Below, in pieces: positions 1 through 12,869 of a DNA stretch of 64,000 nt. The notes beneath the pieces are model-generated. The model was not told the origin of the DNA. It searched no databases and worked only from the letters and a program-made list of their open reading frames with translations. Within the stretch, counting starts at the first letter, position 1. Each line of letters opens with the position of its first letter. The translations under genes were made by a program, and so were the position numbers. The DNA comes from the human T2T-CHM13v2.0 reference genome, Homo sapiens, in NCBI RefSeq assembly GCF_009914755.1, contig NC_060927.1. The stretch is one strand, 5' to 3'.

Positions 1-164
1 AGAGAGACAAATGCAGTCTTGGGCTATAGTGGTTGAAGCATCCGCGTCCAACTCCAGAGAGGGAGTTGTCCCAGTGTTCCCCATGCTGCTCAGCCTATAG
101 ACAGAATGCTGTCTCCCACTCTGGGGGCCTCAGGCTTGCATGACCAACTGAGAGATAGACACCA

Positions 165-583
165 GCATGGTGAGGAGTTCCAAAGCCATGTCACTGAAGG
201 GAAGGTTGAAGAGCTAGGATATTTAATCTCAAATAAAAAGAAATTCTTAGTGGAAATCTGAAAAGAGCATTAAAGCATTGGACGGCCCTTCATTTGAGAA
301 AAGGAAAGTATGTGCTCATGAAGCACCTGAAAATAAAACTGGGACCAATAAATTAAAGCTACAGGGAAGCAAGTGACAATTGCATGTCAAGGACAATTGT
401 CTAAAATTCAGGACTGCCCAGAAAGTAATGAACTGCTTCACCAAGTGATGAGCATCCAACCCCATGAGTGTTTGGGGAGATGCCAAACAGCCAGCTGCCA
501 AGGCAGTTTTGGAAGGGGTGACAGCCTGGACTAGGTGACCAGTAGGTGACTTTCCAATGTTAAGAGCGTAGAATTCTGTGAGA
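165..583 (+). mobile_element. L3/CR1 LINE 3' end relic
   Basis: Degenerate CR1 3' region (gaaggttgaagagctaggata...cctggactaggtgacc...ttccaa) ending in the CR1 tail motif attctgtgagatt. Confidence 0.7.
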
Positions 584-969
584 TTAGAGAAACCGCCTCC
601 GTTTTTTTTTTTTCCCCCCTAAGGGAAAGGTTAAAGTTCTCCTCTCAAGTGAAGATACAGAGAGACAAAGAGCTTTCATTTGATTTCATCATCTTAGCAA
701 TGTTTTGGCTCTGTTCTTTCCACGTGAAAGACCACGTTTGATCTTCCTGGTGTTCTCCAATCACCTACTTTCCTTGAACTCTAACCTCTATCTACAATCA
801 TTCAGTCATTGTTAATTTGCCTGGTTTTCCCCCACCACCCCACTTCCTTTGGTACTGCAGTAGTGTAAGGAAATTCCCATTACTCTGTGGACAGAGATGA
901 CTTTGGAAGGCCACAGAAGTGTAAATGGCTGTCCTCTGCTTCTGTTGTTGGAACTAGGTAGGAGGGAAT

Positions 970-1335
970 GTGTTTGGCCATTTTGCATTGCTATAAAGGA
1001 ATGACTGAGGCTGGGTAATTTATAAAGAAAAGAAATTTATTTTGGCTCACAGTCGTGCAGGCTGTACAAGAAGTATGGTGCCAACATCTATTTGGCTTCT
1101 GGTGAGGGCCTCAGGAAGCTTACAATCATGGCAGAAGGTGAGGGGATAACAGGCGCTTCTCATGGCGAGAGAGGGGGGAGGTGCAACACCCTTTTAAACG
1201 ACCAGCTCTCTGGGTGAACCTAGAGGAAGAAGTCACTCATTACCATGGGGATGGCCCCAAGCCATTCATGAGGAATCCGCCCCATGACCCAAACACCTCC
1301 CACTAGGCCCACCTCCAATACTGGGGATCATATTA
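970..1335 (-). mobile_element. MST (MSTA/MSTB-like) MaLR solo LTR
   Basis: gctataaaggaatgactgaggctgggtaatttataaagaaaag...ggcctcaggaagcttacaatcatggcagaagg...cccacctccaatactggggatca are diagnostic MST/THE1 reverse-strand segments. Confidence 0.85.
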
Positions 1336-1931
1336 CCTTGCCTCATCAACTCTGACTTCTGTCCTTAAATACAGTTCTGTATCTCTCATTGTCCACAGAA
1401 CACATGTGCCATGTGTCATCACATCATGGAGTCTCTTGACTCAACATGACCCAACTAAAATATGCATAACTCCTCTTCCCAACACTGCCACCACCACCAA
1501 CTTGTTCCTGGTGTCCCTGCTTCCTTCACAGCTATCTGGTCACCATGAAGTGATGAATATGAAGGAAAGGTTAAGAGCACTGCTGAGATGTGGCACCTCA
1601 TGGCCATGCCCCTGAACCACAGTCAGCAACGACTTTCCTCCAGACTTCTACTGATTGGATAGAAGTAAAAAGGATAATTTGAGCCAGTGTAAGCTTGGCA
1701 TTCTGTTTCTTGCACTCAAATGTATTCAAAACTGGTATCCCAATTCTGATCAACTTCAGAGGCAGTGTTCTTCCTGGTTTAGCCCACTGAGACTTATTAC
1801 CAGTATTTAGAACACTTCTCAGTACATGGCCGACACTCAAATATATGTTAAATGAATAAATGAATGAATAACTAAATTCAACATCAAAGCATTAAAAAAT
1901 GTTAACCATTAAAAACATCGTGAGTAGATTC

Positions 1932-2391
1932 TATTCACAACAGCAAAGTCATGGAACCAATCTAAATGTCCATCAGCAGTTGACTGAATAAAGAAAATGT
2001 GATATATATAAAATGAAATACCATGCAGCCATAAAAAGGAATGAAGTCATGTCCTTTCCAGCAACATGGACAGAGGTTGAGGCCATTATCCTAAGTGAAA
2101 TAACTCAGAAACAGAAAATCAAATACTGCATTTTCTCACTTATAAGCAGGAGCCAAACAATGGATACACATGGATATACAGAGGGAAATGATAAAACTGG
2201 GAAAACCGGGGACTCCAAAAGTGGAGAAGGTGGGAGGAGGGTGAGGGTTGAAAAATTACCTATCGGGTACAGTGTTCACTGTTTGGGTGATGGGTACACT
2301 AGAAGCCCAAACCTCACAATTACACAATATATCCATGTAACGAACCTGCACGTCTACCTTTCAAATCTATAAAAATAAAAAATAAAAAATA
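1932..2391 (+). mobile_element. 5'-truncated L1 (old L1PA/L1PB-type): ORF2 C-terminus and 3'UTR
   Basis: ORF 2013-2372 starts with the L1 ORF2p end (YHAAIKRNEVMSFPATW); A-rich tail; flanking near-TSD gagtagattc / gagtaggttc. Confidence 0.9.
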
Positions 2392-3449
2392 GAGTAGGTT
2401 CAAAGTTTAATTTTATGTTTCCTAGAGAACACCTATGAGATTTCTAGTGTGCTAAATTTAAATGTAAATAATCATAGAGTTTTTTAAAAAAACATGTAGA
2501 AGCCCTGATGAATACATTTTGATTAGACTAATACTTTTTTAAAGGCAGCACAGTTCCAGCTACAATAGGCTAGGAATTTTCTGGTCTGTCACAGTGGATT
2601 GTTAGGATTGGGTCTAAACCACTTTTGTAAGCCCAGGGGTTACTAATCAGCACTTGTTTTCCTGGCCCTGGTTGTTAACTGCTCATTTGGCAAAACGCCA
2701 CATGGTTAATCACGTCCTGGCTTCCTAAATCTCTATGTTTTTAACAAGAGCCTTCATTTCCTGGGCTAAGCTGCTCCAAAGTGTTCGATAACTGAGGCGT
2801 AAAGGCTGAGTTTTCAAAGGGATGAGATATTTCCTGAACAGGTGACCAGAAAAGTATAGCTGTCAGTTGCATCTCATGTGTTTTAGTAATCAGATTTTGA
2901 TTTAAAAAAAAAAAAAGAGGCTTTGCTGAGGAGTTGTAGATTTGAAAAGTTAAAGCTTCATGTTTTCTCAGTCACTTGTATCAGTGATTGTCAAAGTCTG
3001 TTTCAGGGAGACTGTCAATGTTTGTGGTTGCTGATGCCAACCTAGGGCAGTAAAATAGATTTCAAACTTGTGTTTATCAAAAATATTCTTACTATTCTCC
3101 TTGGTAAACCTAATAATAAGGAAATGTAAATTTATGTTTTAAAATTTCTGCTAAGGAATATTGGTTTATCGGTTGCATACTTTAGGTTTCCAGTGAGGTT
3201 TTATTTTTTTAAGAGCTCTTATATTAAAACAGTTGAAAAACACTGAGAGATCAACACAATAGAGGATGCTTGTTTAGGGAAAAATAACATCCCCTGCCTT
3301 TGAAGGAGGTTTTAAGAGTTAAATAAATAATTTATGTGAGAGCATCTAGCACAGTGCTTGGCACAAAAGTTAATAAAGTTTGTTGGAAGAAAGGAAAGAA
3401 AGGGTGGGAAGAAGGGACAAGTTAGTGACTTAGTTGTAAGCTGGCATGC

Positions 3450-3885
3450 CAGATGTCTCTGGTTCCTCCAGATTCACTTGTCACTCTTCTCCACTTTGTT
3501 CTTCACTGGGGCAGGGGAGGAGGGTGCTGACTTATATGGACAGGTCACAAGGACCCCCTTGCCTTCTGGCCTCCAGTTTGCTTTGAACAATAGGAATCCC
3601 TTGTGGGAGCCTAGAAGGCATGAGGAGGAGGTGAGGGTGTCCACGCACCTGGCCCCTCCCTTAGGCTGGTGACAAAGCTTGGTGTTTCTCTCAAGGCAGC
3701 TTCCCCTACATACTCTCTTTCCAAGTTCTGGTAACAGCATTCTCCCCTTGTCTCTTTGGGGCTGGAGTGGTAACAGCCTCACTTCTACTAACTCCAGGTT
3801 ACTGCCCTATCCCTTGTGTTTCCTTATATAATGCACAGTATTGTAAATAGATGCTTTGCAGTTGACCTCTTGAATTATTCTAAGT
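3450..3885 (+). mobile_element. ERVL LTR33-like fragment (copy 1)
   Basis: cccttgccttctggcctccagtttgctttgaacaatagg...ctccaggttactgccctatcccttgtg resembles the LTR33 family. Confidence 0.5.
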
Positions 3886-3929
3886 AGGGGTTTGCCATGT
3901 AGGGGTTGTCACTGTACCATGACGGATAC

Positions 3930-4375
3930 AGTGATTGGCTGTGTATTTTTGGACCCTCTAGAAATAGTCTTTACCCTTTCCCCCTGTTTCCTATATCCTA
4001 GGAGGCAGGTATCTGCAGACCTCCTACTGGGTTTGGCCAATGGGTGCCACCGTCAGAAGATTAGAGGATGCGAGGAGAGAGGAATGGGTTATTTACCTCC
4101 TGCCAGGCTTGGCCATTGTGTTCCTCTACTTAAGACCACAGCTCCTGCCAGGAAGCCCCTCTCTCAGAGCTTAGCTTCCATCAGGTCCTTCATTTTGCCC
4201 TTCCAATTCTATGGATGGTACAGCTCCCCAGTGGGGCTCATTCCTGAGTGCTTCACTGTCGCTTGTTGGCTCCCGTGACTCTGCCCCATTTTTGTGAAAC
4301 TACCCCCTCATTAAACTCTCCTCAGTTATTCCTGGAGTGTGTCATCTGCTCCCTGCCAGGACCCTGACTGATATA
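3930..4375 (+). mobile_element. ERVL LTR33-like solo LTR (copy 2)
   Basis: gggtttggccaatggg...attaaactctcctcag...gtgtcatctgctccctgccaggaccctgactgatata, the LTR33-type 3' end. Confidence 0.65.
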
Positions 4376-5024
4376 GCGGGTTTTAAGACTTGTGGCATTA
4401 TAATACAGATTACAGTTTTATTGATCACCAATGATTTGGTTTTTTTTTTTTAAGTTCTAGTAAAGTTATAAGATTGTTTAAATTCAGACAAGTAGCAAAG
4501 ACAATGTTTTCCCATTTTTCCTTTTCCTATTTCAAAATAAGGAAAGTACATATAACAGATAAAACAACACATTAATTGGTCCCTTGTCCAACTCAGGTAG
4601 AGTGTGTAGTCAGGAAGGGGGCAAGATCGCAGCACAAGAATGTGAAAAACTTGCAACTGAATCATCAGGAACAGCATAATGTACTCAAAACATGTAGCAA
4701 ACAGAATGGGAAATCTTCACCTATAGAATGTATCTATACTAAAGGACATCTCATAGATTTAAGCTCAAAGGAACATAATAGATACCATTTTGCTCTTGAA
4801 AATTCAGCAAGTCAACCATCTCCATGGAAGGAAATACAAATTTCTTAGTTTAGAACTTGGGAGACAGAGATGTGAGAAATAAAAATGAGTAAGAGAATAC
4901 ATCATGGTTCTGTGGTCCATGATTCCTAAGACACTTCAAGTGAGAAAACCTGTTCTGTATTTACTGACTTTCAGAGAACACCAGCCTGTCTTTCCTGATC
5001 ACCATCACTTAACAAGTTAATGCA

Positions 5025-5200
5025 ATGCAACAAATATTTATTGAGAGCCTACTCCGTGTGAGGCACTGAGTTAGGCACTGTGGCTACAAGCATGAATAAG
5101 CATGGCGAATGAATACACAATGAATTCAAATCAAAGCAGACTATGATAGGTACAGAAGTAGGCCTCACATACTATAAACACATGTGTCTTGGGAGCATGG
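5025..5200 (-). mobile_element. L2 3' end fragment
   Basis: caacaaatatttattgagagcctac...aggcactg is the reverse complement of the L2 terminus. Confidence 0.6.
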
Positions 5201-6699
5201 AATTGGTTCTGTTGCATCTTTGTATCTAACATTAATTCCTTAGGCTGCAGTTTAAACACAGTTCCATTTCATTTCTGAGAAGAGATGGATAGCAGCTATT
5301 CAGTATCTTTCATGTAATTGCATCTCAAAGGGTAATTTAATGATGACTTCACCTCTCTGCTCTCAATCCTCCTGATAATCTGCCTTCATTATCCCAGTGT
5401 GGAGGTCCCAGGTCTTCTCTTCTACATGCATATTTCCCTGATCCAAAGGGACATCCAAAACTTTAAATTTGGGGGTACCTATGTTTCAGGGTGATAGAGG
5501 GAATTGTCAGAGTTCATGACAGCTCCCCATTGCAGGAGTGCTTCCTGGTCTTTTCACCTGTCAACACACAGGAAACAGTAATATTTTTAGGCACATACTG
5601 AGCTAAATGAAAGAGATTATTTGTGACTGAAAAATAACACTCCGGGGCTATGACGGTCCCAAGTTCTACCTGGTTATCCCAAGGTCTGAGAGGTCAGTAT
5701 CTGTGTAGAGCATTTACTGCAGAGATAAGGAATTTCTGGCCTACAGGATAAAGTCCAAGCACCTCAAACTGGTATGGCAGGCAACACATCCAGACAGCAG
5801 TCTGGACGGGGGCCTTGTTACCTGGGTTTCTTCACTCTGAACACTAGACTCTTGGCTGTCTGCTCAGGACAGACATCTACATACAAAACAATATCCAGAG
5901 GAGTTGTCTAGCTAGGGAATTTATGAAGATGGCAAAGATGATGACTAAAGCCACACTTTGAACTGAGAACTCTACAAAGTTTATTATATATATGGTTACA
6001 TCCAGCTACCCATCAAGGGGATATATAATAGCTTGCTATATTTGTCTCTAGTTGAGCCTTGCTAAGAAACTGGTAGTAAAATTTACCAGCCTTCTTCTGC
6101 GTATTTCTCACTATTTGATTCTTAGGTTCCTGTGCAGCAATGCTCACTTTTACCTCTGAGTTTTATGACTTTTGCAAATAATCCTTAGCTTCTGAAATTT
6201 AGCCTCAGGAATGATTGGTCTTGGGCAAATCTAAGGAACTTCTGGGGTATGCAGTATCCCTCTTGGATCTGCATTATTTGGAGCTACAATTGAAGAGCGG
6301 GGAGGGAAGAGTGGATTAAACATCTTTTGGCTTGAATTATTACTTTTTCTTTGGAGTGGGCTCTGAAAATAAGTGCCCTTTGCATAGATGCCTGGTTGCC
6401 ATGTCGCTTCCTGGGTAACACATTAACCATCCCCTCTTGGTGATAACAGAACATTATTGCTCCATCATCACAAACCCAGTCAGGATGCTTACCAAGAGGT
6501 TACTGCTTATCTTTCTGTTTCTCTCTACTGCCTACCGTGCACCTTATTCTCCAGCCACAGCCATATTGTTAACTTTTCCTGCGCACATTTTTCATTTTTC
6601 AGCCTTCGTGTCCCTTCTGTCAAAAAACTAAACACAAGCCCTTTCCCAGTTTGATGTCCCGGTAGAGAGCTACTCATCAAGATCTGTGAGTTCTTTACT

Positions 6700-6940
6700 A
6701 ACTCCCTGGAGGAGTGAGTTCATTCTGTCCTTTTATTCTCACCTCATAATATATATACCTCCTCTTCTATAGTACTTATGTTGAATTATAGTTATTTATT
6801 TGTCTATCTCCTCCCTACTTGCTAATGAGACTATTGACCCTTGAGGGCAGCAATGGTGTCTGATTCAGCTAGGTATTCACAATGTCCAGCACATAAACAG
6901 GCATGGAGAAGATGCTTTATAAATGTCAAATGAATGATTA
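6700..6940 (+). mobile_element. L2 3' end fragment
   Basis: tttgtctatctcctcccctac...ttgagggcag...cagcacataaacaggca...aaatgtcaaatgaatga. Confidence 0.55.
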
Positions 6941-7159
6941 TAGGGCAGGCAAGAACTTCCAGCTGCCCTAGTAAAACCCTTTTCTGGCTGACAGGGCAGA
7001 GATTCTGGTGAAATAGAAACTTTGAAAACAATCCTGAGACTTTTATATTGAGGTTCTTAAAATGTCCACAAGAATTTGTCACTGACTTCATGCCAGGATG
7101 TGCATGCTTAGGAAATATTATGTGATCATGTCATAATTCTTTAATAAAAGGCATGTGGT

Positions 7160-7410
7160 TTCCTCTGCTTGGAGCATGCTTCCCTGTAGCCACCCCAAAC
7201 CAGACACCTCCAATTATCTTTCAGGTTTTAATGAACTTCCTCAACTGTTACACCATATAATAATGGTCTGTTTACCTAACTGACTTCTCCCAGTAAATTG
7301 TAAATCCATGAAGGCAGGATGTATGTCATTTATGTCCAACACTGTGTCCTCAATCTTACAGGATGCCTAGTGCATAATCAGTGCTAAATATTTTTTGAAT
7401 GAGTGAATGA
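7160..7410 (+). mobile_element. L2 3' end fragment
   Basis: tgtaaatccatgaaggcagg...gtgctaaatatttttgaatgagtgaatga tail. Confidence 0.6.
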
Positions 7411-7899
7411 GCTATCCACGTTGGTTTATCCAGTGACTCTTAAGAAAAAGGTAACTAAATATTACCCTGTGAAGTTTCGACACTGTAGATCCAGCTCCTT
7501 TTAAAGTTAGCAGAGCAAGGCAGGCGAACAAGATAAATTTGGCAAAGCTTTTAGAACCTTGCAAGAGACAAGACATTAAGTCAATGTAGATTATTGTAGC
7601 AAACCCTGAAAAAAATTCCCTGCTGACTTTTATATATTTAAATGAGAGCTATTCTTACAATGATTTTAATGATTCATTTGTGTTGCATCACATACATTAG
7701 TAGGCAGGAATATTTTTACTGTTTTACTCACCACAATTTTTTCGCAAAGCAGTTTTCTGAGAGTAACAGAATAGCTTAGATGATGTGATACTTAGTCCTT
7801 CACTGCTCCACGGTGATACTGCTGGAAGGGGAAGGTTTTTCTATTACTGTGTCCCACAGTGGATGATTTGCCTTTAGTTTGACAACAATCATTTCAGGC

Positions 7900-8331
7900 T
7901 GGAAGGCTATGAACAGGCAATTTAGAGAAATAGTACAAATGGCTAGTGCTTATCAGAAAAATGTATTCCTACCATTTTTTTTGGCTTATAGGCAAAAATC
8001 TTTAATATTTATAATAAACAATATTATAAATATTTATAATAAACAATATTATAAATATTTATAATAAACAATATTATAAATATTTATAATAAACAATATT
8101 ATAAATATTTATAATAAACAATATTATAAATATTTATAATAAACAATATTATAAATATTTATAATACTGCAGCAAGCCATAGGAAAATGGGCTCTCTCAT
8201 TCCCTATGTAAAGGGGACTATGGATTGGTACAGGCTTTTTATGAAGACCAAGATTGAAAATATAAAGATTTAATCAAAAATTTCATGCACATATTCTTGG
8301 ACTCAGCAGTTCTACTTGTAAGAATCTATCC
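7900..8331 (+). mobile_element. Old L1 (L1ME-type) ORF2 3' fragment interrupted by a minisatellite
   Basis: ggctatgaacaggcaattt...caaatggcta and ttggactcagcagttctacttgtaagaatctatcc are degenerate L1 ORF2 segments. Confidence 0.55.
8004..8166. repeat. 25-bp AT-rich minisatellite, ~6.5 perfect copies (TATTATAAATATTTATAATA-AACAA)
   Basis: Exact 25-bp period seen directly (ataataaaca at 8011, 8036, 8061...). Confidence 0.97.
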
Positions 8332-8646
<315 letters not shown>

Positions 8647-9134
8647 CTATCGTACACTTTCATAAGATGGCTCCACGTATCATCTGTAGAATAAAGAGCT
8701 ACTTCCTGGGCAGTCACAGCATTGTCTTATATCCAAAAGAAATACCAGTGAATCCCCAAATCATTGAATACGATGAAAACTCCACTGAAACCTCCAAAAT
8801 ATGCACCAAAGGGAATTCTACTTAGGACCCGCAGTTAAACTTCTGAAAATCCTTTCCCCTTCTGTCTTTCCCCATATCGCATATTACAGCAGCATGAATA
8901 CCTTTACCTTCTCTTTCTCATACACAACTCCTCCAAAGTCTTCTAAATTCAGTCTACAATTGTTCTTTCGATTTTCAAATGTATATTAGATTTCTTTTTC
9001 ACTTTTAAAATATTTATTTTTACTTCATACACATCTATACAGTCTTATATAACTATAATTAATCTTATTTTTTAGTGCTGTGGTTCCTTTCCTCCCCTGA
9101 TCTTCCCATTGTTTTATCTTTTCACTCTCTTTAT

Positions 9135-9585
9135 TAGCTCAGGAGCTGAAAACAATATCTATTTATTATCTCACAGTTTCCTTGGGTCGGGTGTCGGGGC
9201 ATAGCTTAGCTATGTCGTCTGCTCAGGGTCTCACAAGGCTGCAGGCTCATCCGAGTCTCGGGGTTCCTCTTCTAAACTCATGTGATCATTGGCAGAATTC
9301 ACTCCCTAGTGGCTGGAGAACTCATGGTGACTAGCTTCTTCAATGCCGGCAGGAGTAAAAATCTTTGCCACTTCTCAGATCTGATCTCACGGATCACTTC
9401 ACTCAGGATAATCTCCCTTTTGATGATCTCAAAGTCAAACTTTAATTACATCTGCAAAAATGTACTGTTGCCACATAAGATAATCACAGGCGTGATATCT
9501 CATCATATTCACAAGTTCCACCCACACTCAAGGGGTGAGGATTGTACAAGGTTAGAGAGTCATCTTGGATTTTTGCCTAACACAT
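9135..9585 (-). mobile_element. MLT1 (D/E-like) MaLR LTR
   Basis: atttattatctcacagtttc...gctcagggtctcacaaggctgca...ttggcagaattcac...ataatctcccttttgat. Confidence 0.75.
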
Positions 9586-9594
9586 CCTCTACCA

Positions 9595-9822
9595 ATATCA
9601 CCCGTGTTCCTTTTGATGCTGTAAAAAGCTGCCACAAATGTAGTGGCTTAAAACAGAAATTTATTTTCTTACAGTTCTGGACCTCCTGGATAATTCAGGG
9701 TGATCCCCTTATTTGAGATCCTTAACATAATCACACTGCAAAGTCCCTTTTGCAATATAATATCACAGGTCCTGCGGATTTGGATGTAGACATTATAAGG
9801 AACCAAAATTCATCCCACTTTA
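9595..9822 (-). mobile_element. Internally deleted MLT1 LTR
   Basis: ccacaaatgtagtggcttaaaacagaaatttattttcttacagttctgga joined directly to ggataattcaggg...atccttaacataatcac. Confidence 0.65.
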
Positions 9823-9880
9823 CCTGCCCCCAACCATACTAGGTAAAATCATGTTTTAATGTCTTCTGTTACTCTTAAAT

Positions 9881-9913
<33 letters not shown>

Positions 9914-9957
9914 TATACATGAACATATATGCATATGCATATACACACATATATATA
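9881..9957. repeat. (CA)n microsatellite with TA/CA tail
   Basis: Direct observation. Confidence 0.95.
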
Positions 9958-9969
9958 CTGGAAGGTTTT

Positions 9970-10615
9970 GGTCATTGTTAAATGGAAATGCATTTGTGTT
10001 ATATGTACTTTTCTGCATTTTCCTTTCCTTATTCAACAAAACTTCATGGAAATCCTTGTTATCTGATTTAATTCTAATTTATTTTTTTCAAATTTGCAGC
10101 ATAACTTTCCTTGAAGAGGATATTTTACCATTTATTCAACCATTCCTTTACTAATATGTATTCCTTTTGTTTCCAGCTGTGTTTTAATTGTTTTTGTTGT
10201 GCACACATCTGTAGTAAACATTCTCTTGCAAAGATATTTTTTATCCTTTATCCTTTATTTCCATGGGTTAGGTTTCCAGGAGTAGAATTACTAAAGCAGA
10301 GTATTTATATTTTTCATTTTACTATATATTGCCAGATTGATTTTTCAAAAAGTCTGTAGCAACTCACATTTTCATCATCAATGTTTGAGTATCCTCTCCC
10401 TTTTACCCCTGCCAATAAGTCTTGTTAGTCTCTTTAATGGATACTAGTCTATGTTACTTTACTGAATTTTCATACTTACTAGTATGTGAGCATTTTTCAT
10501 ATGCTTCATGTATTTATAATTTGGATTTGCTCTTCTATGAGTTGACTCTTCTTAATCTTTTTCCATTGGGTTGTTTGATCATTTCTTATCCATTTGTAAG
10601 AGCTCTGTGACTATT
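9970..10615 (-). mobile_element. Old L1 (L1ME) fragment
   Basis: T-rich degenerate ORF2/3' segments (ttatttcaaccattcc, ccaggagtagaattacta, tgagcatttttcatatg). Confidence 0.6.
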
Positions 10616-10617
10616 AT

Positions 10618-10950
10618 TGTATTAGCTAAGGTAGTACTACGTTGCCATAACAAATACCCAAAATCTCAGTGATTTAACAGAATAGAGGTTTATTGACAAT
10701 GAGATAGGGATACTCTGTTCTACCCAGTTATTCAAAGACCCAGGCTGTTGGGGGCTCTGCCATCTTCAACAGTGGCTCCTTAGTTCACCTTGGGCTGTCA
10801 TCATGCAGCCAGCACATAAGGGAATACAGAAAGGTTTCTTGGGCCAGATCTGGAGGAATGCTCTTACTTCCACTCACATTCCTTTACGCAGCACCTATAT
10901 GCTTGACCATAGCCTATGGGAAGGTGAAAAAGTGTAATCTATATGTGAGC
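10618..10950 (-). mobile_element. Old MLT1 (J/K-like) LTR fragment
   Basis: tgtattag...gccataacaaatacccaaaatctcagtgatttaacag...gacccaggctg...ctctgccatctt. Confidence 0.55.
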
Positions 10951-10959
10951 CCCATGGGG

Positions 10960-11150
10960 ATGGGGTGGAGAGAGAAGAATGGATTACACAGGGGCACCAA
11001 GAAACCTTTGGGGGGTGATAGTTATGTTCTTTATCTTGATTGTGGTAATGGTTTCATAGGTGTGTTATATGTCAACACTCATCAAATTGTACAATTTAAA
11101 TATGTGTTGTTTGTTGTATATTGATTGTACATCAATAAAGCTATAAAAAT
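10960..11150 (+). mobile_element. L1M 3' terminal fragment
   Basis: ggggggtgatag...tatcttgattgtggtaatggtttcataggtg...catcaataaagct. Confidence 0.8.
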
Positions 11151-11829
11151 GTGATGGGGGAAAAAGGAGTGCGTCTCTTGAGGAAAAGAAATATATTTAG
11201 TGATCAGCAAACCAATCTCTCTCATTATTATAGAAGTTTATGAATATTTTCCCCAATTTGCCATTTTTATGTAGTCAAATAGGCCTAGGGGGTGGGCGCA
11301 GTGTCTGTGTTATCAAGATTAGTCAAGAAGGTCTCCTTTGACCCTAGAGTAGACTTTCAATTTCTTAGATTTTCTTGCAAGATTCTGAAGATTAATATTT
11401 GACTTTACTCTTTAGCTTTTCTTGCTGGTTTGACAAATTTTCTGTTCAGTCCGTTTTATTTTCTTGTGGTAATACGGAAATTCTAGTATTCTTTTACATC
11501 CTGTCAACAGACACCTTCTCAACTCCTATGCTCACAGACATTTTTCTCTACTCTGAAAATAAGCCAGTAATTATTCCCACTAGATGAATTCTAAAATAGC
11601 TCTGAATACATTTGTTTCCTCCCTCTCCCCTCAGTATTTCCCAGATGAGGCCTCGGCAGCACTGGTGCCCAGCCCCTCTCCCCTCCTCATTGTCTGAGAT
11701 TTGCAGAGATCATTTAATACTTTGATTTACAATAGTACAATTGCCTTTGCAGCGTGCTGCTTCTGTTCTAAAACCCCTTATTGTTTAACACCTATTTTAC
11801 AAATTTCCAGAGAGTCTACCATTAGGTTA

Positions 11830-12035
11830 AAAGCCAATATTTATCGAATCCTTACTTTGTGCCAGGCACAGTTGAAGTTTATATGTGTTATTTAATCTTT
11901 ACAACTCTGTGAGGCAAATGAAGAAGCTGAAGCACTTTACAGATGAAGAAACTGAAGCATAGAAAACTTAAAGAACAAGTTCACATGTCCAGGAAGAGGT
12001 AGAGCCAAGATTGGAACCCAAAGGATCACCCTGAG
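11830..12035 (-). mobile_element. MIR
   Basis: tttacagatgaagaaactgaagc core and flanks. Confidence 0.7.
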
Positions 12036-12044
12036 AGTCCACGC

Positions 12045-12195
12045 CAGTGGTCCATCCACCAGGAGCAAGGACAGCACCTGGGAATTTATTAGAAATGCAG
12101 GATCTCTGATCTTCGCCCTAGACCTGCTGAATTGGAATCTGCATTTTAACAAGATCCTCAGGTGATTAAATGCACATGAAAGTTGAGAAATGCTG
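12045..12195. mobile_element. MER5A hAT MITE
   Basis: cagcacctgggaatttattagaaatgcag...gaatctgcattttaacaagatcctcaggtgatt...gagaaatgctg. Confidence 0.85.
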
Positions 12196-12289
12196 TTTTA
12201 TGCCATACTGGGGGTTGTGGGTTACATGAAATATATGCACTCTGAATTCTGGCATGTCCATAAACAGCTTTGCCGGCTCAGTAGGATGA

Positions 12290-12800
12290 ATGAGAGCTTG
12301 GCAAGCATAGGGTTCTTGGGCTGCTGCTCTTTCTGTTAGTCACCTATATGGCTAATATGAATATTATTCTTTTTCTTTTGTAGGTAGTGTTTTTCCCTGT
12401 GTTCTAGAAGCATGTAAGATTTTCTCTTTATCTTTAGAATTCAAGAATTTTCGCATGCCTAAATGTGTATGTTTTCTCATCAATCATTCCTGGAGCTTGG
12501 TGAGCCCTTTCAATTTGCAGACTCAGATTTTTCTTCATTGCAGGGAAATGTTCTTCTAATTTGTTTAATTATTGCCTCTCCTCCATCTGTTCCTTTAGCT
12601 CCTCTGGAACTTCTATTATTTGTTAGTTTGATACCCTTGATGCACCCTCCAAGTCTTTTACCCCTTCCCTAAGGATTTTCTTCTCTTTAATTTTTTATCT
12701 ATATTTTGAGATGATTCTCCAATTTTATTTACCAGACAATTAGTAAATCTCCTTCAATTTATCTACTGAATTATTTAGATGGAAAATCATGTTTTTAGCT
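12290..12800 (-). mobile_element. Old L1 ORF1-region fragment
   Basis: T-rich degenerate segments (gcttggtgagccctttcaat, cagggaaatgttcttc, ctctggaacttctatt) typical of reverse-strand L1M. Confidence 0.5.
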
Positions 12801-12805
12801 CTAGA

Positions 12806-12869
12806 AAGAGAGAAAGAGAGAGAGACAGAGAGTGTGTGTGTGTGTGCGTGTGTGTGTGTGTGTGTGTGT
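12806..12869. repeat. Compound (GA)n(GT)n microsatellite
   Basis: Direct observation. Confidence 0.95.

Noticed and set aside
4576-4848. 90-aa ORF in apparently unique DNA
   Set aside because: Non-ATG start, no convincing splice boundaries and no recognisable homology.
8004-8166. CRISPR-like array (palindromic repeats with spacers)
   Set aside because: Spacers are identical 5-mers, there are no cas genes and the context is eukaryotic; it is a minisatellite.
9282-9716. 144-aa ORF
   Set aside because: Lies within MLT1 LTR sequence and has a non-ATG start.
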